Assembly (NCBI GenBank): GCA_002189035.1
Contig: NEEC01000486.1
Location: 1-28,317, forward strand
DNA length: 28,317 nucleotides
Direction: 5' to 3'
Source of the DNA: Utricularia gibba
Lineage: Eukaryota > Plantae > Magnoliophyta
The translations under genes were made by a program, and so were the position numbers. The stretch's first letter is position 1, and every line of letters starts with the position of its first letter. This document shows positions 9,601 through 24,500 of the stretch, piece by piece. Under the pieces are notes generated by a model. It saw only the letters and a list, made by a program, of their open reading frames with translations, searched no databases and was not told the origin of the DNA.

Positions 9601-12600
9601 GGCGGTTGGGGGGCACCTAGAACGGGACAAAGGTCAGGTTGGGTTAGGGCCGAAAGTTAGTTGTAGCCTGGCAACTAAAGCGATGCACTTATTAACGTTC
9701 GGTTTTCAGGGGCTTCCTACAAGGTTTTTCAAGGAACAACTTCTCGTTTTGTGTCGGCCACTCTCACTGGGCACTTGGTCCGGCGCTGCGTTCGGTCCGG
9801 CTCATGAGCCCAACCGGGTGCGAGTCGACGAAAATAATGATGCATTTGTTTAAAGTAAGATGTCACGTGCACCCCACATGATTTTTTCAACAACTTACTT
9901 TATACTTGAGGAGGCGGTCTTGGGGGGCACCTAGAACGGGACAAAGGTCAGGTTGGGTTAGGGCCGAAAGTTAGTTGTAGCCTGGCAACTAAAGCGATGC
10001 ACTTATTAACGTTCGGTTTTCAGGGCTTCCTACAAGGTTTTTCAAGGAACAACTTCTCGTTTTGTGTCGGCCACTCACTGGGCACTTGGTCCGGCGCTGC
10101 GTTCGGTCCGGCTCATGAGCCCAACCGGGTGCGAGTCGACGAAAATAATGATGCATTTGTTTAAAGTAAGATGTCACGTGCACCCCACATGATTTTTTCA
10201 ACAACTTACTTTATACTTGAGGAGGCGGTCTTGGGGGGCACCTAGAACGGGACAAAGGTCAGGTTGGGTTAGGGCCGAAAGTTAGTTGTAGCCTGGCAAC
10301 TAAAGCGATGCACTTATTAACGTTCGGTTTTCAGGGGCTTCCTACAAGGTTTTTCAAGGAACAACTTCTCGTTTTGTGTCGGCCACTCTCACTGGGCACT
10401 TGGTCCGGCGCTGCGTTCGGTCCGGCTCATGAGCCCAACCGGGTGCGAGTCGACGAAAATAATGATGCATTTGTTTAAAGTAAGATGTCACGTGCACCCC
10501 ACATGATTTTTTCAACAACTTACTTTATACTTGAGGAGGCGGTCTTGGGGGGCACCTAGAACGGGACAAAGGTCAGGTTGGGTTAGGGCCGAAAGTTAGT
10601 TGTAGCCTGGCAACTAAAGCGATGCACTTATTAACGTTCGGTTTTCAGGGGCTTCCTACAAGGTTTTTCAAGGAACAACTTCTCGTTTTGTGTCGGCCAC
10701 TCTCACTGGGCACTTGGTCCGGCGCTGCGTTCGGTCCGGCTCATGAGCCCAACCGGTGCGAGTCGACGAAAATAATGATGCATTTGTTTAAAGTAAGATG
10801 TCACGTGCACCCCACATGATTTTTTCAACAACTTACTTTATACTTGAGGAGGCGGTCTTGGGGGCCTAGAACGGGACAAAGGTCAGGTTGGGTTAGGGCC
10901 GAAAGTTAGTTGTAGCCTGGCAACTAAAGCGATGCACTTATTAACGTTCGGTTTTCAGGGGCTTCCTACAAGGTTTTTCAAGGAACAACTTCTCGTTTTG
11001 TGTCGGCCACTCTCACTGGGCACTTGGTCCGGCGCTGCGTTCGGTCCGGCTCATGAGCCCAACCGGGTGCGAGTCGACGAAAATAATGATGCATTTGTTT
11101 AAAGTAAGATGTCACGTGCACCCCACATGATTTTTTCAACAACTTACTTTATACTTGAGGAGGCGGTCTTGGGGGGCACCTAGAACGGGACAAAGGTCAG
11201 GTTGGGTTAGGGCCGAAAGTTAGTTGTAGCCTGGCAACTAAAGCGATGCACTTATTAACGTTCGGTTTTCAGGGGCTTCCTACAAGGTTTTTCAAGGAAC
11301 AACTTCTCGTTTTGTGTCGGCCACTCTCACTGGGCACTTGGTCCGGCGCTGCGTTCGGTCCGGCTCATGAGCCCAACCGGTGCGAGTCGACGAAAATAAT
11401 GATGCATTTGTTTAAAGTAAGATGTCACGTGCACCCCACATGATTTTTTCAACAACTTACTTTATACTTGAGTCTTGGGGGGCACCTAGAACGGGACAAA
11501 GGTCAGGTTGGGTTAGGGCCGAAAGTTAGTTGTAGCCTGGCAACTAAAGCGATGCACTTATTAACGTTCGGTTTTCAGGGCTTCCTACAAGGTTTTTCAA
11601 GGAACAACTTCTCGTTTTGTGTCGGCCACTCTCACTGGGCACTTGGTCCGGCTGCGTTCGGTCCGGCTCATGAGCCCAACCGGGTGCGAGTCGACGAAAA
11701 TAATGATGCATTTGTTTAAAGTAAGATGTCACGTGCACCCCACATGATTTTTTCAACAACTTACTTTATACTTGAGGAGGCGGTCTTGGGGGCACCTAGA
11801 ACGGGACAAAGGTCAGGTTGGGTTAGGGCCGAAAGTTAGTTGTAGCCTGGCAACTAAAGCGATGCACTTATTAACGTTCGGTTTTCAGGGCTTCCTACAA
11901 GGTTTTTCAAGGAACAACTTCTCGTTTTGTGTCGGCCACTCTCACTGGGCACTTGGTCCGGCGCTGCGTTCGGTCCGGCTCATGAGCCCAACCGGGTGCG
12001 AGTCGACGAAAATAATGATGCATTTGTTTAAAGTAAGATGTCACGTGCACCCCATGATTTTTTCAACAACTTACTTTATACTTGAGGAGGCGGTCTTGGG
12101 GGCACCTAGAACGGGACAAAGGTCAGGTTGGGTTAGGGCCGAAAGTTAGTTGTAGCCTGGCAACTAAAGCGATGCACTTATTAACGTTCGGTTTTCAGGG
12201 GCTTCCTACAAGGTTTTTCAAGGAACAACTTCTTTTTGTGTCGGCCACTCTCACTGGGCACTTGGTCCGGCGCTGCGTTCGGTCCGGCTCATGAGCCCAA
12301 CCGGGTGCGAGTCGACGAAAATAATGATGCATTTGTTTAAAGTAAGATGTCACGTGCACCCACATGATTTTTTCAACAACTTACTTTATACTTGAGGAGG
12401 CGGTCTTGGGGGGCACCTAGAACGGGACAAAGGTCAGGTTGGGTTAGGGCCGAAAGTTAGTTGTAGCCTGGCAACTAAAGCGATGCACTTATTAACGTTC
12501 GGTTTTCAGGGGCTTCCTACAAGGTTTTTCAAGGAACAACTTCTCGTTTTGTGTCGGCCACTCTCACTGGGCACTTGGTCCGGCGCTGCGTTCGGTCCGG

Positions 12601-15511
12601 CTCATGAGCCCAACCGGGTGCGAGTCGACGAAAATAATGATGCATTTGTTTAAAGTAAGATGTCACGTGCACCCCATGATTTTTTCAACAACTTACTTTA
12701 TACTTGAGGAGGCGGTCTTGGGGGCACCTAGAACGGGACAAAGGTCAGGTTGGGTTAGGGCCGAAAGTTAGTTGTAGCCTGGCAACTAAAGCGATGCACT
12801 TATTAACGTTCGGTTTTCAGGGGCTTCCTACAAGGTTTTCAAGGAACAACTTCTCGTTTTGTGTCGGCCACTCTCACTGGGCACTTGGTCCGGCGCTGCG
12901 TTCGGTCCGGCTCATGAGCCCAACCGGGTGCGAGTCGACGAAAATAATGATGCATTTGTTTAAAGTAAGATGTCACGTGCACCCCACATGATTTTTTCAA
13001 CAACTTACTTTATACTTGAGGAGGCGGTCTTGGGGGGCACCTAGAAGGGACAAAGGTCAGGTTGGGTTAGGGCCGAAAGTTAGTTGTAGCCTGGCAACTA
13101 AAGCGATGCACTTATTAACGTTCGGTTTTCAGGGGCTTCCTACAAGGTTTTTCAAGGAACAACTTCTCGTTTTGTGTCGGCCACTCTCACTGGGCACTTG
13201 GTCCGGCGCTGCGTTCGGTCCGGCTCATGAGCCCACCGGGTGCGAGTCGACGAAAATAATGATGCATTTGTTTAAAGTAAGATGTCACGTGCACCCCACA
13301 TGATTTTTTCAACAACTTACTTTATACTTGAGGAGGCGGTCTTGGGGGCACCTAGAACGGGACAAAGGTCAGGTTGGGTTAGGGCCGAAAGTTAGTTGTA
13401 GCCTGGCAACTAAAGCGATGCACTTATTAACGTTCGGTTTTCAGGGGCTTCCTACAAGGTTTTTCAAGGAACAACTTCTCGTTTTGTGTCGGCCACTCTC
13501 ACTGGGCACTTGGTCCGGCGCTGCGTTCGGTCCGGCTCATGAGCCCAACCGGGTGCGAGTCGACGAAAATAATGATGCATTTGTTTAAAGTAAGATGTCA
13601 CGTGCACCCCACATGATTTTTTCAACAACTTACTTTATACTTGAGGAGGCGGTCTTGGGGGCACCTAGAACGGGACAAAGGTCAGGTTGGGTTAGGGCCG
13701 AAAGTTAGTTGTAGCCTGGCAACTAAAGCGATGCACTTATTAACGTTCGGTTTTCAGGGCTTCCTACAAGGTTTTTCAAGGAACAACTTCTCGTTTTGTG
13801 TCGGCCACTCTCACTGGGCACTTGGTCCGGCGCTGCGTTCGGTCCGGCTCATGAGCCCAACCGGGTGCGAGTCGACGAAAATAATGATGCATTTGTTTAA
13901 AGTAAGATGTCACGTGCACCCCACATGATTTTTTCAACAACTTACTTTATACTTGAGGAGGCGGTCTTGGGGGCACCTAGAACGGGACAAAGGTCAGGTT
14001 GGGTTAGGGCCGAAAGTTAGTTGTAGCCTGGCAACTAAAGCGATGCACTTATTAACGTTCGGTTTTCAGGGGCTTCCTACAAGGTTTTTCAAGGAACAAC
14101 TTCTCGTTTTGTGTCGGCCACTCTCACTGGGCACTTGGTCCGGCGCTGCGTTCGGTCCGGCTCATGAGCCCAACCGGTGCGAGTCGACGAAAATAATGAT
14201 GCATTTGTTTAAAGTAAGATGTCACGTGCACCCACATGATTTTTTCAACAACTTACTTTATACTTGAGGAGGCGGTCTTGGGGGGCACCTAGAACGGGAC
14301 AAAGGTCAGGTTGGGTTAGGGCCGAAAGTTAGTTGTAGCCTGGCAACTAAAGCGATGCACTTATTAACGTTCGGTTTTCAGGGGCTTCCTACAAGGTTTT
14401 TCAAGGAACAACTTCTCGTTTTGTGTCGGCCACTCTCACTGGGCACTTGGTCCGGCGCTGCGTTCGGTCCGGCTCATGAGCCCAACCGGGTGCGAGTCGA
14501 CGAAAATAATGATGCATTTGTTTAAAGTAAGATGTCACGTGCACCCACATGATTTTTTCAACAACTTACTTTATACTTGAGGAGGCGGTCTTGGGGGGCA
14601 CCTAGAACGGGACAAAGGTCAGGTTGGGTTAGGGCCGAAAGTTAGTTGTAGCCTGGCAACTAAAGCGATGCACTTATTAACGTTCGGTTTTCAGGGGCTT
14701 CCTACAAGGTTTTTCAAGGAACAACTTCTCGTTTTGTGTCGGCCACTCTCACTGGGCACTTGGTCCGGCGCTGCGTTCGGTCCGGCTCATGAGCCCAACG
14801 GGTGCGAGTCGACGAAAATAATGATGCATTTGTTTAAAGTAAGATGTCACGTGCACCCCACATGATTTTTCAACAACTTACTTTATACTTGAGGAGGCGG
14901 TCTTGGGGGGCACCTAGAACGGGACAAAGGTCAGGTTGGGTTAGGGCCGAAAGTTAGTTGTAGCCTGGCAACTAAAGCGATGCACTTATTAACGTTCGGT
15001 TTTCAGGGCTTCCTACAAGGTTTTTCAAGGAACAACTTCGTTTTGTGTCGGCCACTCTCACTGGGCACTTGGTCCGGCGCTGCGTTCGGTCCGGCTCATG
15101 AGCCCAACCGGGTGCGAGTCGACGAAAATAATGATGCATTTGTTAAAGTAAGATGTCACGTGCACCCCACATGATTTTTTCAACAACTTACTTTATACTT
15201 GAGGAGGCGGTCTTGGGGGCACCTAGAACGGGACAAAGGTCAGGTTGGGTTAGGGCCGAAAGTTAGTTGTAGCCTGGCAACTAAAGCGATGCACTTATTA
15301 ACGTTCGGTTTTCAGGGGCTTCCTACAAGGTTTTTCAAGGAACAACTTCTCGTTTTGTGTCGGCCACTCTCACTGGGCACTTGGTCCGGCGCTGCGTTCG
15401 GTCCGGCTCATGAGCCCAACCGGGTGCGAGTCGACGAAAATAATGATGCATTTGTTTAAAGTAAGATGTCACGTGCACCCCACATGATTTTTTCAACAAC
15501 TTACTTTATAC

Positions 15512-18500
15512 TTGAGGAGGCGGTCTTGGGGGCACCTAGAACGGGACAAAGGTCAGGTTGGGTTAGGGCCGAAAGTTAGTTGTAGCCTGGCAACTAAAGC
15601 GATGCACTTAAACGTTCGGTTTTCAGGGGCTTCCTACAAGGTTTTCAAGAACAACTTCTCGTTTTGTGTCGGCCACTCTCACTGGGCACTTGGTCCGGCG
15701 CTGCGTTCGGTCCGGCTCATGAGCCCAACCGGGTGCGAGTCGACGAAAATAATGATGCATTTGTTTAAAGTAAGATGTCACGTGCACCCCACATGATTTT
15801 TTCAACAACTTACTTTATACTGAGGAGGCGGTCTTGGGGGCACCTAGAACGGGACAAAGGTCAGGTTGGGTTAGGGCCGAAAGTTAGTTGTAGCCTGGCA
15901 ACTAAAGCGATGCACTTATTAACGTTCGGTTTTCAGGGGCTTCCTACAAGGTTTTTCAAGGAACAACTTCTCGTTTGTGTCGGCCACTCTCACTGGGCAC
16001 TTGGTCCGGCGCTGCGTTCGGTCCGGCTCATGAGCCCAACCGGTGCGAGTCGACGAAAATAATGATGCATTTGTTTAAAGTAAGATGTCACGTGCACCCA
16101 CATGATTTTTTCAACAACTTACTTTATACTTGAGGAGGCGGTCTTGGGGGCACCTAGAACGGACAAAGGTCAGGTTGGGTTAGGGCGTTCGGTCCGGCTC
16201 ATGAGCCCAACCGGGTGCGAGTCGACGAAAATAATGATGCATTTGTTTAAAGTAAGATGTCACGTGGATTTTTTCAACAACTTACTTTATACTTGTCTTG
16301 GGGGGCACCTAGAACGGGACAAAGGTCAGGTTGGGTTAGGGCCGAAAGTTAGTTGTAGCCTGGCAACTAAAGCGATGCACTTATTAACGTTCGGTTTTCA
16401 GGGGCTTCCTACAAGGTTTTTCAAGGAACAACTTCTCGTTTTGTGTCGGCCACTCTCACTGGGCACTTGGTCCGGGCTGCGTTCGGTCCGGCTCATGAGC
16501 CTGCGAGTCGACGAAAATAATGATGCATTTGTTTAAAGTAAGATGTCACGTGCACCCCACATGATTTTTTCAACAACTTACTTTATACTTGAGGAGGCGG
16601 TCTTGGGGCACCTATCAGGTTGGGTTAGGGCCGAAAGTTAGTTGTAGCCTGGCAACTAAAGCGATGCACTTATTAACGTTCGGTTTTCAGGGCTTCCTAC
16701 AAGGTTTTTCAAGGAACAACTTCTCGTTTTGTGTCGGCCACTCTCACTGGCACTTGGTCGGCGCTGCGTTCGGTCCGGCTCATGAGCCCAACCGGGTGCG
16801 AGTCGACGAAAATAATGATGCATTTGTTTAAAGTAAGATGTCACGTGCACCCCACATGATTTTTTCAACAACTTACTTTATACTTGAGGAGGCGGTCTTG
16901 GGGGCACCTAGAACGGGACAAAGGTCAGGTTGGGTTAGGGCGAAAGTTAGTTGTAGCAACTAAAGCGATGCACTTATTAACGTTCGGTTTTCAGGGGCTT
17001 CCTACAAGGTTTTCTTCTCGTTTTGTGTCGGCCACTGGGCACTTGATGAGCCCAACCGGGTGCGAGTCGACGAAAATAATGATGCATTTGTTTAAAGTAA
17101 GATGTCACGTGCTGATTTTTTCAACAACTTACTTTATACTTGAGGAGGCGGTCTTGGGGGGCACCTAGAACGGGACAAAGGTCAGGTTGGGTTAGGGCCG
17201 AAAGTTAGTTGTAGCCTGGCAACTAAAGCGATGCACTTATTAACGTTCGGTTTTCAGGGGCTTCCTACAAGGTTTTTCAAGGAACAACTTCTCGTTTTGT
17301 GTCGGCCACTCTCACTGGGCACTTGGTCCGGCGCTGCGTTCGGTCCGGCTCATGAGCCCAACCGGGTGCGAGTCGACGAAAATAATGATGCATTTGTTTA
17401 AAGTAAGATGTCACGTGCACCCACATGATTTTTTTCAACAACTTACTTTATACTTGAGGAGGCGGTCTTGGGGGGCACCTAGAACGGGACAAAGGTCAGG
17501 TTGGGTTAGGGCCGAAAGTTAGTTGTAGCCTGGCAACTAAAGCGATGCATTATTAACGTTCGGTTTTCAGGGGCTTCCTACAAGGTTTTTCAAGAACAAC
17601 TTCTCGTTTTGTGTCGGCCACTCTCACTGGGCACTTGGTCCGGCGCTGCGTTCGGTCCGGCTCATGAGCCCAACCGGTGCGAGTCGACGAAAATAATGAT
17701 GCATTTGTTTAAAGTAAGATGTCACGTGCACCCCACATGATTTTTTCAACAACTTACTTTATACTTGAGGAGGCGGTCTTGGGGGGCACCTAGAACGGGA
17801 CAAAGGTCAGGTTGGGTTAGGGCCGAAAGTTAGTTGTAGCCTGGCAACTAAAGCGATGCACTTATTAACGTTCGGTTTTCAGGGCTTCCTACAAGGTTTT
17901 TCAAGGAACAACTTCTCGTTTTGTGTCGGCCACTCTCACTGGGCACTTGGTCCGGCGCTGCGTTCGGTCCGGCTCATGAGCCCAACCGGGTGCGAGTCGA
18001 CGAAAATAATGATGCATTTGTTTAAAGTAAGATGTCACGTGCACCCCACATGATTTTTTCAACAACTTACTTTATACTTGAGGAGGCGGTCTTGGGGGGC
18101 ACCTAGAACGGGACAAAGGTCAGGTTGGGTTAGGGCCGAAAGTTAGTTGTAGCCTGGCAACTAAAGCGATGCACTTATTAACGTTCGGTTTTCAGGGGCT
18201 TCCTACAAGGTTTTTCAAGGAACAACTTCTTTTTGTGTCGGCCACTCTCACTGGGCACTTGGTCCGGCGCTGCGTTCGGTCCGGCTCATGAGCCAACCGG
18301 GTGCGAGTCGACGAAAATAATGATGCATTTGTTTAAAGTAAGATGTCACGTGCACACACATGATTTTTCAACAACTTACTTTATACTTGAGGAGGCACCT
18401 AGAACGGGACAAAGGTCAGGTTGGGTTAGGGCCGAAAGTTAGTTGTAGCCTGGCAACTAAAGCGATGCACTTATTAACGTTCGGTTTCAGGGACAAGGTT

Positions 18501-21500
18501 TTTCAAGGAACAACTTCTCGTTTTTGTCGGCCACTCTCACTGGGCACTTGGTCGGCGCTGCGTTCGGTCCGGCTCATGAGCCAACCGGGTGCGAGTCGAC
18601 GAAATAATGATGCATTTGTTTAAAGTAAGATGTCACGTGCACCCCACATGATTTTTTCAACAACTTACTTTATACTTGAGGAGGCGGTCTGGGGGGCACC
18701 TAGAACGGGACAAAGGTCAGGTTGGGTTAGGGCCGAAAGTTAGTTGTAGCCTGGCAACTAAAGCGATGCACTTATTAACGTTCGGTTTTCAGGGGCTTCC
18801 TACAAGGTTTTTCAAGGAACAACTTCTCGTTTTGTGTCGGCCACTCTCACTGGCACTTGGTCCGGCGCTGCGTTCGGTCCGGCTCATGAGCCCAACCGGG
18901 TGCGAGTCGACGAAAATAATGATGCATTTGTTTAAAGTAAGATGTCACGTGCACCCCACATGATTTTTTCAACAACTTACTTTATACTTGAGGAGGCGGT
19001 CTTGGGGGCACCTAGAACGGGACAAAGGTCAGGTTGGGTTAGGGCCGAAAGTTAGTTGTAGCCTGGCAACTAAAGCGATGCACTTATTAACGTTCGGTTT
19101 TCAGGGGCTTCCTACAAGGTTTTCAAGGAACAACTTCTCGTTTTGTGTCGGCCACTCTCACTGGGCACTTGGTCCGGCGCTGCGTTCGGTCCGGCTCATG
19201 AGCCCAACCGGGTGCGAGTCGACGAAAATAATGATGCATTTGTTTAAAGTAAGATGTCACGTGCACCCCACATGATTTTTTCAACAACTTACTTTATACT
19301 TGAGGAGGCGGTCTTGGGGGGCACCTAGAACGGGACAAAGGTCAGGTTGGGTTAGGGCGAAAGTTAGTTGTAGCCTGGCAACTAAAGCGATGCACTTATT
19401 AACGTTCGGTTTTCAGGGGCTTCCTACAAGGTTTTTCAAGGAACAACTCGTTTTGTGTCGGCCACTCTCACTGGGCACTTGGTCATGAGCCAACCGGGTG
19501 CGAGTCGACGAAAATAATGATGCATTTGTTTAAAGTAAGATGTCACGTGCACCCCACATGATTTTTTCAACAACTTACTTTATACTTGAGGAGGCGGTCT
19601 GGGGGGCACCTAGAACGGGACAAAGGTCAGGTTGGGTTAGGGCCGAAAGTTAGTTGTAGCCTGGCAACTAAGATGCACTTATTAACGTTCGGTTTTCAGG
19701 GCTTCCTACAAGGTTTTTCAAGGAACAACTTCTCGTTTTGTGTCGGCCACTCTCACTGGGCACTTGGTCGGCGCTGCGTTCGGTCCGGCTCATGAGCCTG
19801 CGAGTCGACGAAAATAATGATGCATTTGTTTAAAGTAAGATGTCACGTGCACCCCACATGATTTTTTCAACAACTTAGAGGAGGCACCTAGAACGGGACA
19901 AAGTCAGGTTGGGTTGGGCGAAAGTTAGTTGTAGCCTGGCAACTAAAGCGATGCACTTATTAACGTTCGGTTTTCAGGGGCTTCCTACAAGGTTTTTCAA
20001 GGAACAACTTCTCGTTTGTCGGCCACTCACTGGGCACTTGGTCATGAGCCCAACCGGGTGCGAGTCGACGAAAATAATGATGCATTTGTTTAAAGTAAGA
20101 TGTCACGTGCACCCCACATGATTTTTTCAACAACTTACTTTATACTTGAGGAGGCGGTCTTGGGGGCACCTTCAGGTTGGGTTAGGGCCGAAAGTTAGTT
20201 GTAGCCTGGCTAAAGCGATGCACTTATTAACGTTCGGTTTTCAGGGGCTTCCTACAAGGTTTTCAAGGAACAACTTCTCGTTTTGTGTCGGGGCACTTGG
20301 TTGCGTTCGTCCGGCTCATGAGCCCAACCGGTGCGAGTCGACGAAAATAATGATGCATTTGTTTAAAGTAAGATGTCACGTGCACCCCACATGATTTTTT
20401 CAACAACTTACTTTATACTTGAGGAGGCGGTCTTGGGGCACCTAGAACGGGACAAAGGTCAGGTTGGGTTAGGGCCGAAAGTTAGTTGTAGCCTGGCAAC
20501 TAAAGCGATGCACTTATTAACGTTCGGTTTTCAGGGGCTTCCTACAAGGTTTTTCAAGGAACAACTTCTCGTTTGTGTCGGCCACTCTCACTGGGCACTT
20601 GGTCCGGCGCTGCGTTCGGTCCGGCTCATGAGCCCAACCGGTGCGAGTCGACGAAAATAATGATGCATTTGTTTAAAGTAAGATGTCACGTGCACCCCAC
20701 ATGATTTTTTCAACAACTTACTTTATACTTGAGGAGGCGGTCTTGGGGGGCACCTAGAACGGGACAAAGGTCAGGTTGGGTTAGGGCCGAAAGTTAGTTG
20801 TAGCCTGGCAACTAAAGCGATGCACTTATTAACGTTCGGTTTTCAGGGGCTTCCTACAAGGTTTTTCAAGGAACAACTTCTCGTTTTGTGTCGGCCACTC
20901 TCACTGGGCACTTGGTCCGGCGCTGCGTTCGGTCCGGCTCATGAGCCCAACCGGGTGCGAGTCGACGAAAATAATGATGCATTTGTTTAAAGTAAGATGT
21001 CACGTGCACCCCACATGATTTTTTCAACAACTTACTTTATACTTGAGGAGGCGGTCTTGGGGGGCACCTAGAACGGGACAAAGGTCAGGTTGGGTTAGGG
21101 CGAAAGTTAGTTGTAGCCTGGCAACTAAAGCGATGCACTTATTAACGTTCGGTTTTCAGGGGCTTCCTACAAGGTTTTTCAAGGAACAACTTCTCGTTTT
21201 GTGTCGGCCACTCTCACTGGGCACTTGGTCCGGCGCTGCGTTCGGTCGGCTCATGAGCCCAACCGGGTGCGAGTCGACGAAAATAATGATGCATTTGTTT
21301 AAAGTAAGATGTCACGTGCACCCCACATGATTTTTTCAACAACTTACTTTATACTTGAGGAGGCGGTTTGGGGGGCACCTAGAAGGGGACAAAGGTCAGG
21401 TTGGGTTAGGGCGAAAGTTAGTTGTAGCCTGGCAACTAAAGCGATGCACTTATTAACGTTCGGTTTTCAGGGGCTTCCTACAAGGTTTTTCAAGGAACAA

Positions 21501-24500
21501 CTTCTCGTTTTGTCGGCCACTCTCACTGGGCACTTGGTCCGGCGCTGCGTTCGGTCCGGCTCATGAGCCAACCGGTGCGAGTCGACGAAAATAATGATGC
21601 ATTTGTTTAAAGTAAGATGTCACGTGCACCCCACATGATTTTTTCAACAACTTACTTTATACTTGAGGAGGCGGTCTTGGGGGGCACCTAGAACGGGACA
21701 AAGGTCAGGTTGGGTTAGGGCCGAAAGTTAGTTGTAGCCTGGCAACTAAAGCGATGCACTTATTAACGTTCGGTTTTCAGGGCTTCCTACAAGGTTTTTC
21801 AAGGAACAACTTCTCGTTTTGTGTCGGCACTCTCACTGGCACTTGGTAGCGTTCGGTCCGGCTCATGAGCCCAACCGGTGCGAGTCGACGAAAATAATGA
21901 TGCATTTGTTTAAAGTAAGATGTCACGTGCACCCCACATGATTTTTTTCAACAACTTACTTTATACTTGAGGAGGCGGTCTTGGGGGGCACCTAGAACGG
22001 GACAAAGGTCAGGTTGGGTTAGGGCCGAAAGTTAGTTGTAGCCTGGCAACTAAAGCGATGCACTTATTAACGTTCGGTTTTCAGGGGCTTCCTACAAGGT
22101 TTTTCAAGGAACAACTTCTCGTTTTGTGTCGGCCACTCTCACTGGGCACTTGGTCCGGCGCTGCGTTCGGTCCGGCTCATGAGCCCAACCGGGTGCGAGT
22201 CGACGAAAATAATGATGCATTTGTTTAAAGTAAGATGTCACGTGCACCCCACATGATTTTTTCAACAACTTACTTTATACTTGAGGAGGCGGTCTTGGGG
22301 GGCACCTAGAACGGGACAAAGGTCAGGTTGGGTTAGGGCCGAAAGTTAGTTGTAGCCTGGCAACTAAAGCGATGCACTTATTAACGTTCGGTTTTCAGGG
22401 GCTTCCTACAAGGTTTTTCAAGGAACAACTTCTCGTTTTGTGTCGGCCACTCTCACTGGGCACTTGGTCCGGCGCTGCGTTCGGTCCGGCTCATGAGCCC
22501 AACCGGTGCGAGTCGACGAAAATAATGATGCATTTGTTTAAGTAAGATGTCACGTGCACCCCACATGATTTTTTCAACAACTTACTTTATACTTGAGGAG
22601 GCGGTCTTGGGGGCACCTAGAACGGGACAAAGGTCAGGTTGGGTTAGGGCCGAAAGTTAGTTGTAGCCTGGCAACTAAAGATGCATTATTAACGTTCGGT
22701 TTTCAGGGGCTTCCTACAAGGTTTTTCAAGGAACAACTTCTCGTTTTGTGTCGGCCACTCTCACTGGCACTTGGTCCGGCGCTGCGTTCGGTCCGCTCAT
22801 GAGCCCAACCGGGTGCGAGTCGACGAAAATAATGATGCATTTGTTTAAAGTAAGATGTCACGTGCACCCCACATGATTTTTTCAACAACTTACTTTATAC
22901 TTGAGGAGGCGAACGGGACAAAGGTCAGGTTGGGTTAGGGCCGAAAGTTAGTTGTAGCCTGGCAACTAAAGCGATGCACTTATTAACGTTCGGTTTTCAG
23001 GGCTTCCTACAAGGTTTTTCAACTTCTCGTTTTGTCGGCCACTCTCACTGGGCACTTGTCCGGCGCTGCGTTCGGTCCGGAGCCCAACCGGGTGCGAGTC
23101 GACGAAAATAATGATGCATTTGTTTAAAGTAAGATGTCACGTGCACCCCACATTTTTTCAACAACTTACTTTATACTTGAGGAGGCGGTCTTGGGGGGCA
23201 CCTAGAACGGGACAAAGGTCAGGTTGGGTTAGGGCCGAAAGTTAGTTGTAGCCTGGCAACTAAAGCGATGCACTTATTAACGTTCGGTTTTCAGGGGCTT
23301 CCTACAAGGTTTTCAAGGAACAACTTCTCGTTTTGTGTCGGCCACTCTCACTGGGCACTTGGTCCGGCGCTGCGTTCGGTCCGGCTCATGAGCCCAACCG
23401 GGTGCGAGTCGACGAAAATAATGATGCATTTGTTTAAAGTAAGATGTCACGTGCACCCCACATGATTTTTTCAACAACTTACTTTATACTTGAGGAGGCG
23501 GTCTTGGGGGCACCTAGAACGGGACAAAGGTCAGGTTGGGTTAGGGCCGAAAGTTAGTTGTAGCCTGGCAACTAAAGCGATGCACTTATTAACGTTCGTT
23601 TCAGGGGCTTCCTACAAGGTTTTTCAAGGAACAACTTCTCGTTTGTGTCGGCCACTCTCACTGGGCACTTGGTCCGGCGCTGCGTTCGTCCGGCTCATGA
23701 GCCCAACCGGGTGCGAGTCGACGAAAATAATGATGCATTTGTTTAAAGTAAGATGTCACGTGCACCCACATGATTTTTTCAACAACTTACTTTATACTTG
23801 AGGAGGCGGTCTTGGGGGCACCTAGAACGGGACAAAGGTCAGGTTGGGTTAGGGCCGAAAGTTAGTTGTAGCCTGGCAACTAAAGCGATGCACTTATTAA
23901 CGTTCGGTTTTCAGGGCTTCCTACAAGGTTTTTCAAGAACAACTTCTCGTTTTGTGTCGGCCACTCTCACTGGGCACTTGGTCCGGCGCTGCGTTCGGTC
24001 CGGCTCATGAGCCAACCGGGTGCGAGTCGACGAAAATAATGATGCATTTGTTTAAAGTAAGATGTCACGTGCACCCCACATGATTTTTTCAACAACTTAC
24101 TTTATACTTGAGGAGGCGGTCTTGGGGGAACGGGACAAAGGTCAGGTTGGGTTAGGGCCGAAAGTTAGTTGTAGCCTGGATGCACTTATTAACGTTCGGT
24201 TTTCAGGGGCTTCCTACAAGGTTTTTCAAGGAACAACTTCTCGTTTTGTGTCGGCCACTCTCACTGGGCACTTGGTCCGGCGCTGCGTTCGGTCCGGCTC
24301 ATGAGCCCAACCGGGTGCGAGTCGACGAAAAAATGATGCATTTGTTTAAAGTAAGATGTCACGTGCACCCCACATGATTTTTTCAACAACTTACTTTATA
24401 CTTGAGGAGGCGGTCTTGGGGGGCACCTAGAACGGGACAAAGGTCAGGTTGGGTTAGGGCCGAAAGTTAGTTGTAGCCTGGCAACTAAAGCGATGCACTT

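Larger units (their letters stand above)
1..15511 (+). repeat. Near-homogeneous segment of the array (copies 1-49)
   Basis: Mean period (15512-219)/49 = 312.1 bp. Differences are mostly single-base homopolymer shortenings, with a few drop-outs of 2-8 nt (e.g. ~5800, ~11472). Confidence 0.9.
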
